DNA of 63,990 bases, the filler included, from a bacterium (GTDB lineage: Bacteria > JBBIVP01), in the NCBI GenBank assembly GCA_037439705.1. It is 3 parts of 3 records of this genome, joined end to end, with 100 filler letters (N's around TTAATTAATTAA, not from the genome) between each part and the next. Parts side by side here need not be neighbours in the genome. Positions count along the whole stretch, not along the records: positions 26,347 to 50,925 come from JBBIVP010000008.1; 2 more parts are not named here. One strand, 5' to 3'. Both the position numbers and the translations under genes were made by a program. Shown here one piece after another: positions 28,969-42,100 of the stretch; the stretch's first letter is position 1; each line of letters opens with the position of its first letter. The notes below the pieces were generated by a model. It made no database searches, was not told where the DNA came from, and worked only from the letters and a program-made list of their open reading frames with translations.

Positions 28969-29346
28969 TTTATTTAACCCCCTTTTCTTTTTTTGATTTA
29001 ATACTACTTAAAGGATCTTCTCCAGCCTTTTTCATCTCTACTTTTTAAATCCTCTTTTCATGAGTGAAAATATATATCCATTTTTTTAAAATGTCAAGTA
29101 TTTTTTACTCAAGACCCACGAAAAGACATCCAGAAGTTAATTGAAACCTATTATATGATGGGCAGTATTTCTTAAACTTGCTGATTGTGAAAGGAACAAA
29201 AGATTTGTAGGAAGAATTGATTTTCAAGGCTTTAAAAATGGATTTCTCCTACAACAAAGAAAGAGCGCACCTTATTTAATTTTACTATGATGGGTTTTTA
29301 TTGACTACATTATAGAAGTTTATAAATATCTTAAAGGAGGAAAAAA

Positions 29347-30492
29347 TTGAGGTTTCTTCTTATTCTTACATACCTATTTCTCTTATCCTCAATTATTTTC
29401 TTTTTCTTCTTCAAAAAAACAGAAAGGGTTGACCCTTCCACAGAAAACCTTCTTGCTGTTCTTCCGTGTGCTTCAAATTTCGAAAAATCAAAAAATTACT
29501 GGAAGGGGATTGATTCAAAAGGGAATATATGTGGATATGCATTTCTCACATCATCAATGTCCCCGAGGGTAAAGGGATATGGAGGTGAAATATCAGCAGT
29601 TGTGGGTATTGATAAATCAGGAACAATAACAGGGATTGAAATTCTAAAGCACAACGAAACTCCTTTCTACTTCAGTGCCTTAGAAGAAGCTGGATTTTTT
29701 CGGGACATAAAGGGGCACAGGATTGAGGATGGTTATAAGGGTTTGACTATAGTTTCGGGAGCCACAATTTCATCAAGGGCTCTTTTGAAGGATATTATAG
29801 GCGGAGCTGTAAGAATTGCAAAAGAGGAATTGAACATTCACCCCCATCTTGAAGAGGAAACTTCAAAAAAAGAACTTGTCCTTTCATTTCTCCTTTTTCT
29901 AATTTTTCTCTCGGGTTTCATCGGCGTTAAAAAAAGAAAAAAGTTTTTTACCATCCTCTCCTCAATAGGTGGAATAATTCTCATAGGTTTCTACATGAAT
30001 TCATCATTTTCCCTTGCGGATATTTCAAAAATTGTTGTCTTAAACTTCCCTTCAACTTCAAACCTTTCCCTTTTCCTCATATACATCTTTGTAATTGTAA
30101 GTTCTTTTATGAAAAAACCACTTTACTGCAGATGTATATGTCCCTACGGAACCATCGTTGAGATTGCAGGAATGATTGGAAAGAAGAAAAAAATAGAATC
30201 GCCGTCTTCAGCCCGTTTTGCGAGTTTCTTGAGGGAATTTATCGGAATTACTCTGCTTTTTCTTTTTCTCATCACAGGCTCTTCCATCTTCCTTTACTTT
30301 GAACCATTCCACTGGCTCTTTTCACTCAAAGGTTCTCTCACAATGTGGCTATTTGCCATATCAGGAATCCTTCTTTCAATTTTTATAAAAAGGTTCTGGT
30401 GCATCTTTCTCTGTCCAACCGGAGGAATACTTGAAAGAATTTCTTGGCTCTTTAATAGAACAAGAAACGCTATCTCGCAATGCAAAAGTTAG
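29347..30492 (+). CDS. Membrane FMN-binding / 4Fe-4S protein (NosR/NirI/RnfG-like)
   Basis: KGYGGEI, HNETP, VSGATISS (FMN-bind), YCRCICPYG and WCIFLCPTG motifs, TM helices. Confidence 0.8.
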   Translation: MRFLLILTYLFLLSSIIFFFFFKKTERVDPSTENLLAVLPCASNFEKSKNYWKGIDSKGNICGYAFLTSSMSPRVKGYGGEISAVVGIDKSGTITGIEILKHNETPFYFSALEEAGFFRDIKGHRIEDGYKGLTIVSGATISSRALLKDIIGGAVRIAKEELNIHPHLEEETSKKELVLSFLLFLIFLSGFIGVKKRKKFFTILSSIGGIILIGFYMNSSFSLADISKIVVLNFPSTSNLSLFLIYIFVIVSSFMKKPLYCRCICPYGTIVEIAGMIGKKKKIESPSSARFASFLREFIGITLLFLFLITGSSIFLYFEPFHWLFSLKGSLTMWLFAISGILLSIFIKRFWCIFLCPTGGILERISWLFNRTRNAISQCKS

Positions 30493-30607
30493 GAACCGGG
30501 CAGAAGGTTAGACCTGGTGAATACGCTTTTGGGTACCTACTTTTTTTAATTCCCAACCACTAACTCTCAATTCCTAATTCTCCGAATAGTTATCATTTTA
30601 CATTTCC

Positions 30608-31996
30608 TCAATAAGCTCCCTTACTTCTTAAAACTACAAAAGGGGTCTTAAAAAGAATAATAAGGTCAAGCCACAAAGACCAGTTCCTCACATAGAACTC
30701 ATCAAGTTTTAATCTGTCCTCAAATTCCAGAGAGTTTCTGCCTGAAACCTGCCACAGTCCAGTTATACCGGGCTTAACCCTTAAAATTACATCTTTATAC
30801 ATTCCCATCCTCTCCATTTCCCTCGGAAGATATGGTCTCGGACCTATCAAACTCATATCTCCTTTCAGAACATTAAAAATCTGGGGAAGTTCGTCAAGAC
30901 TCCATTTTCTCAAAAATTTCCCAATTTTTGTAACCCTCGGGTCAAATCCCTTGAGTTTCATAAATTTTTCCCATTCTTCCTTTGCGGAATTGTTTTTCTC
31001 CAGATAGTCATTGAGTTTCTCATTCGCATCAGGAAACATGGTTCTGAATTTGTATAAATTGAAACTCCTTCCGTTTTTGCCGAGCCTTTCCTGGCTAAAA
31101 ATTACGGGTTTTCCATCAAAAAGTAAAATGAGGAGGGTGATCACGAAAAGAACTGGAGAAATGATGAAAAGTATTATTATGGTCAAAAACAATTCCATTG
31201 CATTTTTTATGTAGATATTCCACGGCTTCGCAAGGTTTAAATTAACGGTTAAAAGAAAGGTATCACCCGCTACAATGGGTTGTCCTGTGATGGCTACTCC
31301 CGAGGTATCAGGAAGTAGCATAATTGAATCTCCAAAATTTCCAAGGGTTTCAACAAGCTTAACAATGTATTCTTTCTTAATTCCTGAAGAGTCTATGATT
31401 ATGTCAAAGTTCTTTTTATCATGAAACTTCTGGAATATTTTTTCGGAAGAAACTGGATTTTCTATTTTTACGAAGGAAGGAGAACGGTAGCCGAGAAAGA
31501 AGTTATTACCAATTTTTTTAATAAGGGATTCAGAAACGGGTTTTAAGCCTATAAACACAACCTCCTTTCCCCATATTCCCATCCTGTAGAGAAGAAATTT
31601 CACAAAAATCCTTCCTGCGAGGAAAAAGGGACCTCCGAGAATGAGAAGGATAAGCACAATTCCTCTTGATATATGGAGAATTTTTAAAAGATAGGAAATG
31701 GCAAGAAGTATTATTGATGAGCGAACATGGGCAAGCATTATTGACCTTGCCTCTTCAGAAATCGTCCTTCTCTTCGTATAAAGTCCTGAGAGAAGGAACT
31801 CAACAAACCATATAAAAAAGAAAAGTAGAAATTCCCCTGAAAAACGAGTTTCTAATAAATGAGGGGAAAAAAATCTTCCCCAATTTTTTATATTCACCGC
31901 AAGTATATAAAGGAGGAAAAAGGAGATAAAATCAGAGAGCATAAAGCAAAAAACAGAAAGGATTTTCTTCCCTGTTATGAAAATTTTCTGAGCCAT
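30608..31996 (-). CDS. Undecaprenyl-phosphate sugar-1-phosphate transferase (WbaP-like)
   Basis: YKFRTM, DPRVTKIGKFLRKWSLDELPQ, KPGITGLWQVSGR, YVRNWSLWLD. Confidence 0.9.
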   Translation of the reverse strand: MAQKIFITGKKILSVFCFMLSDFISFFLLYILAVNIKNWGRFFSPHLLETRFSGEFLLFFFIWFVEFLLSGLYTKRRTISEEARSIMLAHVRSSIILLAISYLLKILHISRGIVLILLILGGPFFLAGRIFVKFLLYRMGIWGKEVVFIGLKPVSESLIKKIGNNFFLGYRSPSFVKIENPVSSEKIFQKFHDKKNFDIIIDSSGIKKEYIVKLVETLGNFGDSIMLLPDTSGVAITGQPIVAGDTFLLTVNLNLAKPWNIYIKNAMELFLTIIILFIISPVLFVITLLILLFDGKPVIFSQERLGKNGRSFNLYKFRTMFPDANEKLNDYLEKNNSAKEEWEKFMKLKGFDPRVTKIGKFLRKWSLDELPQIFNVLKGDMSLIGPRPYLPREMERMGMYKDVILRVKPGITGLWQVSGRNSLEFEDRLKLDEFYVRNWSLWLDLIILFKTPFVVLRSKGAY

Positions 31997-32760
31997 CTTA
32001 TAACTTCGTCAAATACCTTTTCGTTGTCAAGTTCGTTAAATGGTTCATGATAGTATCCACCATATATACAGAGTTTTTTCTCAACCGATATTTTTTCGTA
32101 AAAATTTTTAGTGGCTTCCGGGTCTGTAAGTTCATCGGAGGAACCGTGAAGGAAAAGTACAGGAACTTTTATACCTTCTGGGTGAAGGTTAACATAATTC
32201 ATCGCTTTCATTGTTTGAAAAAACCATCTTACTGTAATTTTTCTGTGAACGAGGGGGTCATTGATGTATGCTTCTACAACACTTTCATCGTGCGATAGTT
32301 TCCTGGGGTCTATCTCATTGGACATAGAAACCCGTGGTGCAATTCTTAACAGAACTTTTCCAAGAAGGAGTTTAAATTTAGGCGGCTTAATTTTCAGCCC
32401 GAGAAGCGGAGCACTCACCACAAGTGATTTGAGTCTTTCGGGCTTCTTTATTCCATAATAAAGAACGATGAGACCGCCGAGACTGTGTCCTATGAGATGA
32501 AATTTTTCTTTGAGCTCTGAGGTGGCTTTTTCTATATCTTCAACATAATCATCAAAGGAACTTATATCTCCCCTTTTTCCCCATGACCTTCCATGTCCTC
32601 TCAGGTCAAACCTTATAAGGCCAAAATTATTCTCCAATAATTTTTTTGAAATTTTTTCGTATCTTCCACAATGTTCGCCCAGTCCATGGACAATTACACA
32701 CCAGTTTTTTCCCTCTGAACCCCCATCTTTTAAAATAAATAGTCCGTTTTTTAATGGCAT
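31975..32760 (-). CDS. Lysophospholipase / monoacylglycerol lipase (alpha/beta hydrolase)
   Basis: HGLGEHCGRY, DLRGHGRS, GHSLGG, HEPFNE. Confidence 0.9.
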   Translation of the reverse strand: MPLKNGLFILKDGGSEGKNWCVIVHGLGEHCGRYEKISKKLLENNFGLIRFDLRGHGRSWGKRGDISSFDDYVEDIEKATSELKEKFHLIGHSLGGLIVLYYGIKKPERLKSLVVSAPLLGLKIKPPKFKLLLGKVLLRIAPRVSMSNEIDPRKLSHDESVVEAYINDPLVHRKITVRWFFQTMKAMNYVNLHPEGIKVPVLFLHGSSDELTDPEATKNFYEKISVEKKLCIYGGYYHEPFNELDNEKVFDEVIRWLRKFS

Positions 32761-33044
32761 TTTGAATTTGTATAAATGTATACCATGTCTCCATTTTTCA
32801 ATCTCTTTTTCAGGTCATTGATAAGGCTCAACTTTTCTCCATTTACTTCCAGCTCAGGTATATCTATCAGGGTGGGAAGGTCTCTGAAAAATCTCTTTCC
32901 GAGCCGGTTGCATCTGTCAAGAGCCTTCAGCAAATCCTTGACGGTTCCATCCTTCTTCATACACACATTAAACCTTTCTTTGATTTTTCTACCAAGGATT
33001 ATCCCTTCAACCTTTACCGTTACTTCTATTGTTTCGCGCCCCAT
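32751..33044 (-). CDS. MoaD/ThiS-like beta-grasp protein lacking C-terminal GG
   Basis: GTVKDLLKAL...VNGE...LKNGDMVYIY; ends NSKCH; SD-like GGAG before ATG 33044. Confidence 0.55.
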   Translation of the reverse strand: MGRETIEVTVKVEGIILGRKIKERFNVCMKKDGTVKDLLKALDRCNRLGKRFFRDLPTLIDIPELEVNGEKLSLINDLKKRLKNGDMVYIYTNSKCH

Positions 33045-33259
33045 TTCTCCTACCTCCAAAAATTTTTTAAAATAATATCACATTAATTAATTCTTTATCA
33101 AGTGGTTTCATCCTGTTAAATTGGAACCACAAAGTTTTAATATAATGTTTATCAACCCGGGAACATTTGAGAATCGAAATTAAACCACATTATGCTTTTT
33201 GAGGACAGAGTTTTTATGAATAATTGACACAATGCGTCTAAAGTGGTAAAAGAAGAAAC

Positions 33260-33913
33260 ATGAAGACAATTGCACTTTCAGAATACAGATCAAAGGAGCT
33301 TTTGAGAAATTTAGGAATTGAAATTCCAGAGGAGTTATTTGTAAAAACAGAAGAGGAATGTTTGAAAGGTGCAGAAAAACTCGGTTATCCTGTGGTTTTA
33401 AAAGGAACAGGAGAGGGAATTGCTCACAAAACAGAAAAAGGACTTGTCAAGGTAAAAATTATGAATGAGAATGAACTTATAAGAGCATATAGAGAAATAG
33501 TTGGTTCTGGAGAAAAAATTGAGGGAATGCTCCTTCAGAGGTTCATACCAGGAAAAAGGGAGTTTATAGCAGGTATTGTAAGGGACCCACAGTTTGGTCC
33601 TGTTATTATGTTCGGGCTCGGTGGAATTTTTACAGAAATTTTAAAAGATGTAAGTTTCAGAATTGCACCCATTGAAAAGGTTGATGCAGAAGAAATGATT
33701 TCAGAACTCCGGAGTGCAAAACTCCTGGATGCTTTCAGAGGAGAAAAACCAGTAAATAAAGAAAAATTGATTTCCCTCCTCATCAGGCTTTCAGAGGCTC
33801 CGTTCAAAGATGAAAGAATCGTTGAGGTTGACTTGAATCCAATAATACCCTGGGAGAATGAAATTTACATCGTTGATGCTCTCGTGGTTTTGAGGGATGA
33901 AGGAAAAAATTAG
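33260..33913 (+). CDS. ADP-forming acyl-CoA synthetase, ATP-grasp (beta) subunit
   Basis: GYPVVLK, AHKTEKGLV, RDPQFGPVIMFGLGGIF, EVDLNP, VDALV. Confidence 0.9.
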   Translation: MKTIALSEYRSKELLRNLGIEIPEELFVKTEEECLKGAEKLGYPVVLKGTGEGIAHKTEKGLVKVKIMNENELIRAYREIVGSGEKIEGMLLQRFIPGKREFIAGIVRDPQFGPVIMFGLGGIFTEILKDVSFRIAPIEKVDAEEMISELRSAKLLDAFRGEKPVNKEKLISLLIRLSEAPFKDERIVEVDLNPIIPWENEIYIVDALVVLRDEGKN

Positions 33914-35360
33914 ATTTCTTCTTTATCCTGAATCAATTGCTGTAATAGGAGCAAGCACGAATCCGGGGAAATGGGGATTTATAATCCTTGACAACATATT
34001 AGCAGGTGGCTACAGAGGAAAAGTTTATCCCGTTAATCCAAATACAGATTCTATTTTCGGAATGAAATGCTACAGAAGAATTCAGGATATTCCCGATGGA
34101 ATTCACCTCGCCGTGATTACTATTCCTAGGGAAAAGGTTTTTGATGCACTTAAAGACTGCGCAGAAAAGGGAGTAAAGTCAATCATGGTGATCTCATCGG
34201 GGTTCAGCGAATCGGGTAAAGAATATGTGGAACTTGAAAACAAAATGGCAGATTTTGGAAGAGAAAAGGGTATACCGATAGCGGGACCAAATGGGCAGGG
34301 AATTTTTAATGCATTTATAAATCTCAGTGCCACCATGTCCTATTTCCACATAAAGCCTGCAAGGGTATCACTTGTTTCCCAGAGCGGAAATATGGGAAAC
34401 ACAATGATTAAGTGGGCGGAAAGATATGGAATGGGTTTTGGAAAGTTTATTTCGAGCGGAAACGAAGCTATGCTCAAAACGGAGGATTACTACGAGTATT
34501 TTGAAGATGACCCTGATACCGATGTTGTTCTTTCCTATGTAGAAGGAATTGATGATGGAAGGAGATTTTTTGAAAAACTCAAAAGCCTTTCTTTAAAGAA
34601 ACCTGTTATAATTCTCAAAGGTGCTAAAACAGCTGAAGGAAAAAGGGCGGCTGAATCTCATACAGGTGCAATAGCAGGTACCTATGAGGTATTTAAATCA
34701 GCAGTTAAACAGGCAGGAGGAATTCTTGCTGAAAATCCAGAAGAAATGGGAGACCTTGCTTTTGGTTTTCTGTATCAATCGCTTCCAAAAGGAAAAAGGG
34801 TTGGAGCAATAAGTGCAGGAGGAGGCTGGGCTGTGCTCCTTTCTGATGCTCTGTCTCAGGAAGGGCTTGAACTTGCAAAATTTTCTCCTTCTTTAATGGA
34901 GGAACTCAACAAAATTCTCCCATATTACTGGAGCAGGAACAATCCCGTTGACCTTGTTGCAGAAAAAAGGGAAGGAATTTATCAAAGAGTAGCAGAACTT
35001 GTAATTTCAGAACCTTCAGTAGATATATTGATGACCCTCGGGATAGGATATGGTTATTCAGGGGTTTTCAAAATGGAGGCTTCAAAACTTATAGATCCCG
35101 AGGTGAGAGAGCATATAAAAAATATTGTGAGAGAGAGGGGAATAGATGAAGCACTCTATCTTCTTGAACTAAAAGAAAGGATCAAAAAACCAATAATAGC
35201 TGCTTCTGACTCAATGTTTGCTGAGGATTTCTACAGAAACGAAACCATAAAAATTTTGATAGAAAATGGAATTTTTGTTTATCCTACCCCGGAAAGGGCT
35301 GCGAGGGTAGCTGCGAAGATGTATTCTTACGCAGAGTACATAAGGAAGAGGAAGGGTTAA
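33897..35360 (+). CDS. ADP-forming acyl-CoA synthetase, CoA-binding (alpha) subunit
   Basis: IAVIGAS, VYPVNP, GPNG, SQSG, AESHTGA (phospho-His), NPVDL. Confidence 0.9.
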   Translation: MKEKIRFLLYPESIAVIGASTNPGKWGFIILDNILAGGYRGKVYPVNPNTDSIFGMKCYRRIQDIPDGIHLAVITIPREKVFDALKDCAEKGVKSIMVISSGFSESGKEYVELENKMADFGREKGIPIAGPNGQGIFNAFINLSATMSYFHIKPARVSLVSQSGNMGNTMIKWAERYGMGFGKFISSGNEAMLKTEDYYEYFEDDPDTDVVLSYVEGIDDGRRFFEKLKSLSLKKPVIILKGAKTAEGKRAAESHTGAIAGTYEVFKSAVKQAGGILAENPEEMGDLAFGFLYQSLPKGKRVGAISAGGGWAVLLSDALSQEGLELAKFSPSLMEELNKILPYYWSRNNPVDLVAEKREGIYQRVAELVISEPSVDILMTLGIGYGYSGVFKMEASKLIDPEVREHIKNIVRERGIDEALYLLELKERIKKPIIAASDSMFAEDFYRNETIKILIENGIFVYPTPERAARVAAKMYSYAEYIRKRKG

Positions 35361-35437
35361 AATCGTTTTTCATAATTTCTTAAGGGAATGATTACAGGGT
35401 TGCCAAAAATCCTTAAAAGAGTAAAATTATTAATAAA

Positions 35438-35525
35438 GGAGAGGTGTCCGAGTGGCTTAAGGAACACGGCTGGAAACCGTGTAGCCCCCAAAAGGGGCTC
35501 GTGGGTTCGAATCCCACCCTCTCCG
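35438..35525 (+). tRNA. tRNA-Ser(GGA)
   Basis: GGAGAGG/CCTCTCC acceptor, anticodon arm CACGG-CTGGAAA-CCGTG, long variable arm, GGTTCGAATCC; CCA not encoded. Confidence 0.95.
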
Positions 35526-35550
35526 AAGAGGAAAAATTTCCATACCTCAA

Positions 35551-36888
35551 ATGGAGAAATACCGAGTAATAGTAGTTGGAGCGGGTCCTTCTGGAATCTT
35601 AGCTGTAAAGAAACTTAAAGAAATGGGAATAAATGATATTGCGTTATTTGAAGCAGGAAAGGACATAAATGAAAGGGGAAAGGATGAGGTTCTCAAGGGA
35701 TGGGGAGGTGCAGGTGCTTTCAGTGACGGAAAGCTCATTCTTTCTCCAGAAGCAGGAGGAAATCTAACTGAGTACATTTCATATAATAAATTGAAGGAAA
35801 TGATTGAGGATGTTGATAAAACGCTGGTAAATTATGGAGCTCCATTGGAAACCTACGGTGGAAATCCTCAAAAAAATGAATGGCTTAAAAGAAAAGCAAC
35901 TATAGCAAGAATGATATACATTCCTATGGTCCTCAAACATCTTGGCACTGAACTGGCAAGGGAAATTCTCTGGAAAATAAGGGAAGACGCCAATAACTGG
36001 TGCGAGTTCTATCCAAATTCACCTGTGGAGAGTTTGCTTGTTGAGAACGGTGAAGTTAAAGGAGTTGTTGTAAACGGAAAAAAAGTTTACGGAAGGTATG
36101 TGATTCTTGCTCCTGGAAGGGTTGGAAGTGAGTGGCTCATGAAAGAATGTTTGAAGCACGGAATTGAATCCATCCCCTCTCCTGTGGACATAGGCGTAAG
36201 GGTGGAAGTGCCAGCGGTTATTATGGAAGAAATAACAGATATTGTTTATGAAGCAAAACTTATTTATTTTACTCCTACATTTAATGACAAAGTTAGAACA
36301 TTCTGTATGAATCCCCACGGAGAGGTTGTTCTTGAGAAAACAGAAGGATTGATAACAGTGAACGGACACAGTTTTAAGAACAGAAAAACAGAGCTCACAA
36401 ACTTTGCCCTTCTCGCCTCAACAACCTTTACCCATCCATTCAAAGACCCGATTTCCTACGGAAAATATATCGCATCTCTTGCAAACATCCTTGGAGGTAC
36501 TGTGATTGTGCAGAGATATGGAGACCTTCTTGCAGGAAGACGTTCAAATCCTGAAAGGATAAAGAAAAATCTGTTTCAGCCATCCCTCGAATCAGCCACA
36601 CCGGGTGATTTGAGTTTCGTTCTTCCATACAGGATCCTCCACGACATAAAAGAAACAATTTCAGCAATGGAAGAGATAATTCCCGGCATCTCTTCACCAA
36701 ATACCCTCCTTTACGGAGTTGAGGTAAAATTCTATTCAAATAGAATAAAACTGAAAGAAACGATGGAAACAGATATAAAAAACCTCTATGTGGTAGGAGA
36801 TGGTGCCGGTGTTTCAAGAGGGCTTGTTCAGGCTGCTATCAGTGGAATGCTTGCAGGAGAGGATATAGCAAGAAAGGAAAAATGCTGA
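35551..36888 (+). CDS. FAD-dependent oxidoreductase (COG2509-like)
   Basis: VGAGPSG, GWGGAGAFSDGKL, DIGVRVE, RTFCMNP, GDGAGVSRG. Confidence 0.85.
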   Translation: MEKYRVIVVGAGPSGILAVKKLKEMGINDIALFEAGKDINERGKDEVLKGWGGAGAFSDGKLILSPEAGGNLTEYISYNKLKEMIEDVDKTLVNYGAPLETYGGNPQKNEWLKRKATIARMIYIPMVLKHLGTELAREILWKIREDANNWCEFYPNSPVESLLVENGEVKGVVVNGKKVYGRYVILAPGRVGSEWLMKECLKHGIESIPSPVDIGVRVEVPAVIMEEITDIVYEAKLIYFTPTFNDKVRTFCMNPHGEVVLEKTEGLITVNGHSFKNRKTELTNFALLASTTFTHPFKDPISYGKYIASLANILGGTVIVQRYGDLLAGRRSNPERIKKNLFQPSLESATPGDLSFVLPYRILHDIKETISAMEEIIPGISSPNTLLYGVEVKFYSNRIKLKETMETDIKNLYVVGDGAGVSRGLVQAAISGMLAGEDIARKEKC

Positions 36889-37208
36889 AGGACTACACAC
36901 ACATAGATATCGGAAAAGAAATAAGGTTCATTTCCGGATTCTATGAGGTGGAAGAGGAAAAAAGAATAAAATTTAAAAATGATGAGATTCTTGTTATAAT
37001 TGGCCATGCAATAGTGGATTCTGCCTGCTGCGGAATTGGAGCGTGCAGATACGCTCTTGTTCCCGGAAAAATAAAAAGATGGAAATACAGGAAGGACGAA
37101 AACGGAAATGTCCGAACAGAAGTTGAAACCATTTCTGATGAGGAAAAGAAGGAGTTTGAAAAATACATTAAGGAAAAAGAAGTCCTCAACCAGGTTGTAT
37201 TCTGGTAG
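36882..37208 (+). CDS. Hypothetical protein with DSACCGIGAC Cys cluster
   Basis: Translationally coupled ORF; CCGxGxC motif. Confidence 0.65.
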   Translation: MLKDYTHIDIGKEIRFISGFYEVEEEKRIKFKNDEILVIIGHAIVDSACCGIGACRYALVPGKIKRWKYRKDENGNVRTEVETISDEEKKEFEKYIKEKEVLNQVVFW

Positions 37209-39108
<1,900 letters not shown>

Positions 39109-39130
39109 TTAAAATGTATAATATGGCAGT

Positions 39131-42100
39131 ATGCGGGCTGGAATAGACATTGGAAGCATTTCTGTCAAGTATGTGATTTTGAACGACTTACATCTCGTTG
39201 AAAGAGGAGAAATTCCTCACAGAGGAGAAATTGCGGAGGCGATTTCAAATCTCGAAAAAAGCCTTCTAAAATTTAAAATCCGAACGCTTGGAATAACCGG
39301 AAGACTTCAGGGCAAAGCATTTGAAAAATTGAAACTCATACATCCCGTAAAAGTTCTGATAGAAGGAAGTAAATTTATTATGCCTGATGTGAAAAATATT
39401 ATTGATGCGGGAGGATGCAGCGCAACACTGATCATTCTTAACGAGAAGGGAGAAATTTCAAGTTTCAAGACAAATTCTCAGTGTGCAGCAGGAACAGGTG
39501 CCTTTCTTGAACACCAGGCAGTGAGGCTTGATATATCTCCAGAAGAAATGGGAAAAAGAGCATTCAACTCTTTTCCACCATCAATAGCAACAAGATGTGC
39601 GGTTTTTGCAAAAACCGATATCATCCATCGCCAGCAAGAAGGATATTCTGTAGAGGAACTCTGGCACGGATTGTGCAAAGGAGTTGCAGAAACCCTGATC
39701 TCCACACTTCTTAAAGGGGTTGAACTTCAGGGAAAAACCCTTCTAACAGGAGGACTTTCAAGGAATCCACTTTTTGTAAGATGGCTCAAGGAATTCATAC
39801 AGAATCTCTTCATTTCAGAACTCTCTCCTTTCATTCCTGCAATTGGCGCTTCCTTTTTTGGAACCGAAGGTAATCTGAATTTCTTGAGCGAAGAATTAAA
39901 AGAAGAAAGGGAAGAAAGGGAAAAAAGAAGAACCGACCTCCTCATAAAAACATCTTCAATAAATGAACACGATGGAAAGGTTTCCTTTACCGATGAAAAC
40001 GGAACGGAAGTAGTGATTTTAAAGGAAGGGTATGAAGGAGGAATCTACCTTGGAATTGACATAGGTTCAACAAGCACTAAGCTCTGTGCAATTTCAGAAG
40101 ATAGTGATGTGGTCTTTCATCTTTACAGAAAGACAAAGGGAGACCCGATTTCTGCAACAAAATTTCTTTTTGAAGCCAAAAGAAAGGTTGATAATTATCT
40201 GAGAAAAACTGAACTGCTTGGAATTGGAACTACAGGTTCTGGAAGGAAATTGATAGGCACTCTCCTTAAGGCTGATCTAATATTGAACGAAATCACAGCC
40301 CATACAGAAGGAGCAAAGTTTCAATGTGATGGAGTTGAAACCATATTTGAAATAGGAGGTCAGGATTCAAAATACATGCATCTCAAAAATGGGGTTCCGG
40401 ACCACATAAACATGAACTATGTCTGTGCAGCAGGAACAGGTTCTTTCATTGAAGAGCTTGCGGAACTTCTCGGATTTAGAATTCAGGATGTTGGAGAGAT
40501 GGTTATCGGTGTAGAACCTCCATATACTTCTGAAAGGTGCACTGTCTTTATGGAACAGGATGCACTTGAGCTTTTGAAAAGAGGATTTAGCAAAAAGGAA
40601 GTAATGGCGGGTGTCATATATTCGGTTGCTCTGAATTATCTTTCAAGGGTTGTTGGAAAAAGACCAATAACCGGAGATTTCATATTTTTTCAGGGAGCAA
40701 CCGCAAGAAACAAGGGACTGGTAGCTGCATTTGAAACAATACTTTCAAAAAAGATATTGACAACTGATTTCTGCCACATAAACGGAGCTCTTGGCGTCGC
40801 TCTTGAATGCATGAGGAGGAGCAGGATTAGAAAAAAAATTGATGTTCATTCTTTTTTGACAGCAAAAATAGAAAAGAGAACGGAAGAATGTTCTATATGC
40901 TCAAATCACTGCAAAATCACACACATAAAATCAGGAAATGAAGAAGCCTCCTGGGGTTACATGTGTGGAAGGGAACCGGGTGAAACCAAGAAAAGAGAAC
41001 TGAAATTTTATAGAGCCTTTGAGGAGAGAAGCAAACTACTTTCAGGTTTTATAAAGCAAAGCGTAAATTTTCGGGAAGAAATCGGCGTTCCCCTTTCCCT
41101 TTCAACCCAAATCCTCATGCCATTTTATGTGAAATTTTTGAACGAACTCGGTTACAGGGTGGTTTTTTCGGGGGACACGACCGATGATGTGATAAAAAAA
41201 GGAGACATTATAAGCACATCAGATTTTTGTCTTCCCGTGAAGGCTGGAATAGGGCATGTCATTAAACTTGTTGAAAGAGGAGTTAAAAAAATTTTTATTC
41301 CCTATACCATAAGGAATTTTCCGAGAAAAAGGTTTTCAAATACTCACTTCTGCCCTTACTGTCAGGGATTTGCAGGCATATTCAATTCAATAAAAAGGGA
41401 AAAAGGTCTGAATGTAGAGGTTCTTTCTCCTGTTCTTGACCTCTCCGTTCCTGAAAGGATAAACCTGAACAAATTCTTTGAGGTCTTTTCGAAAGAAGGG
41501 GTCTCATGCGGAGAAGTGAAAAAGGCTTACAGCAATGCAGTTGAACATTACAGGGAGTATTTGAAGGAATGTGAAGAACTTGGGAAAAGGCTGATTGAGG
41601 AAATGAAAGATGAAAAAACTCCCACGGTTTGCGTGATAGGAAGAAATTATACCATCTATGACAAGAGACTTTCCCTTAGGATTCCGTTTCTCCTTGCCAC
41701 CTACGGAGTAAATGTTATTCCATCTGAACTTATGAAGTTTTCAGAAGATGAAATTCCGGAAGGATTTGAAAACATGTTCTGGTGGAACGGGCAGAACATG
41801 ATAAATGCGACAGTTCAGGCATTAAAAAATGGATTTTATCCAATGGTTATTTCAAACTTCTCATGCGGTCCGGATTCCTTCATAATAGGATACATAGAGA
41901 TGTTATGTGAAAAGAACCCACATCTAATTCTGGAAATAGATGAGCACAGTTCTGAAACAGGATTTCTAACAAGAATAGAAGCTTTCGTTGACCTCATAAG
42001 TAGGAGAAAACCTTCACAGGAGACGAAATTTTATATAAAGAAGGAATCAGAAATAGATGGAAAAAAAATCCTTATCCCGAATATGCACCCAGTAGGAAAT

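Noticed and set aside
29100-29290. ORF-like fragments between the ATP-grasp fusion and the FMN-binding gene
   Set aside because: Multiple stops, no recognisable family; at most a decayed remnant
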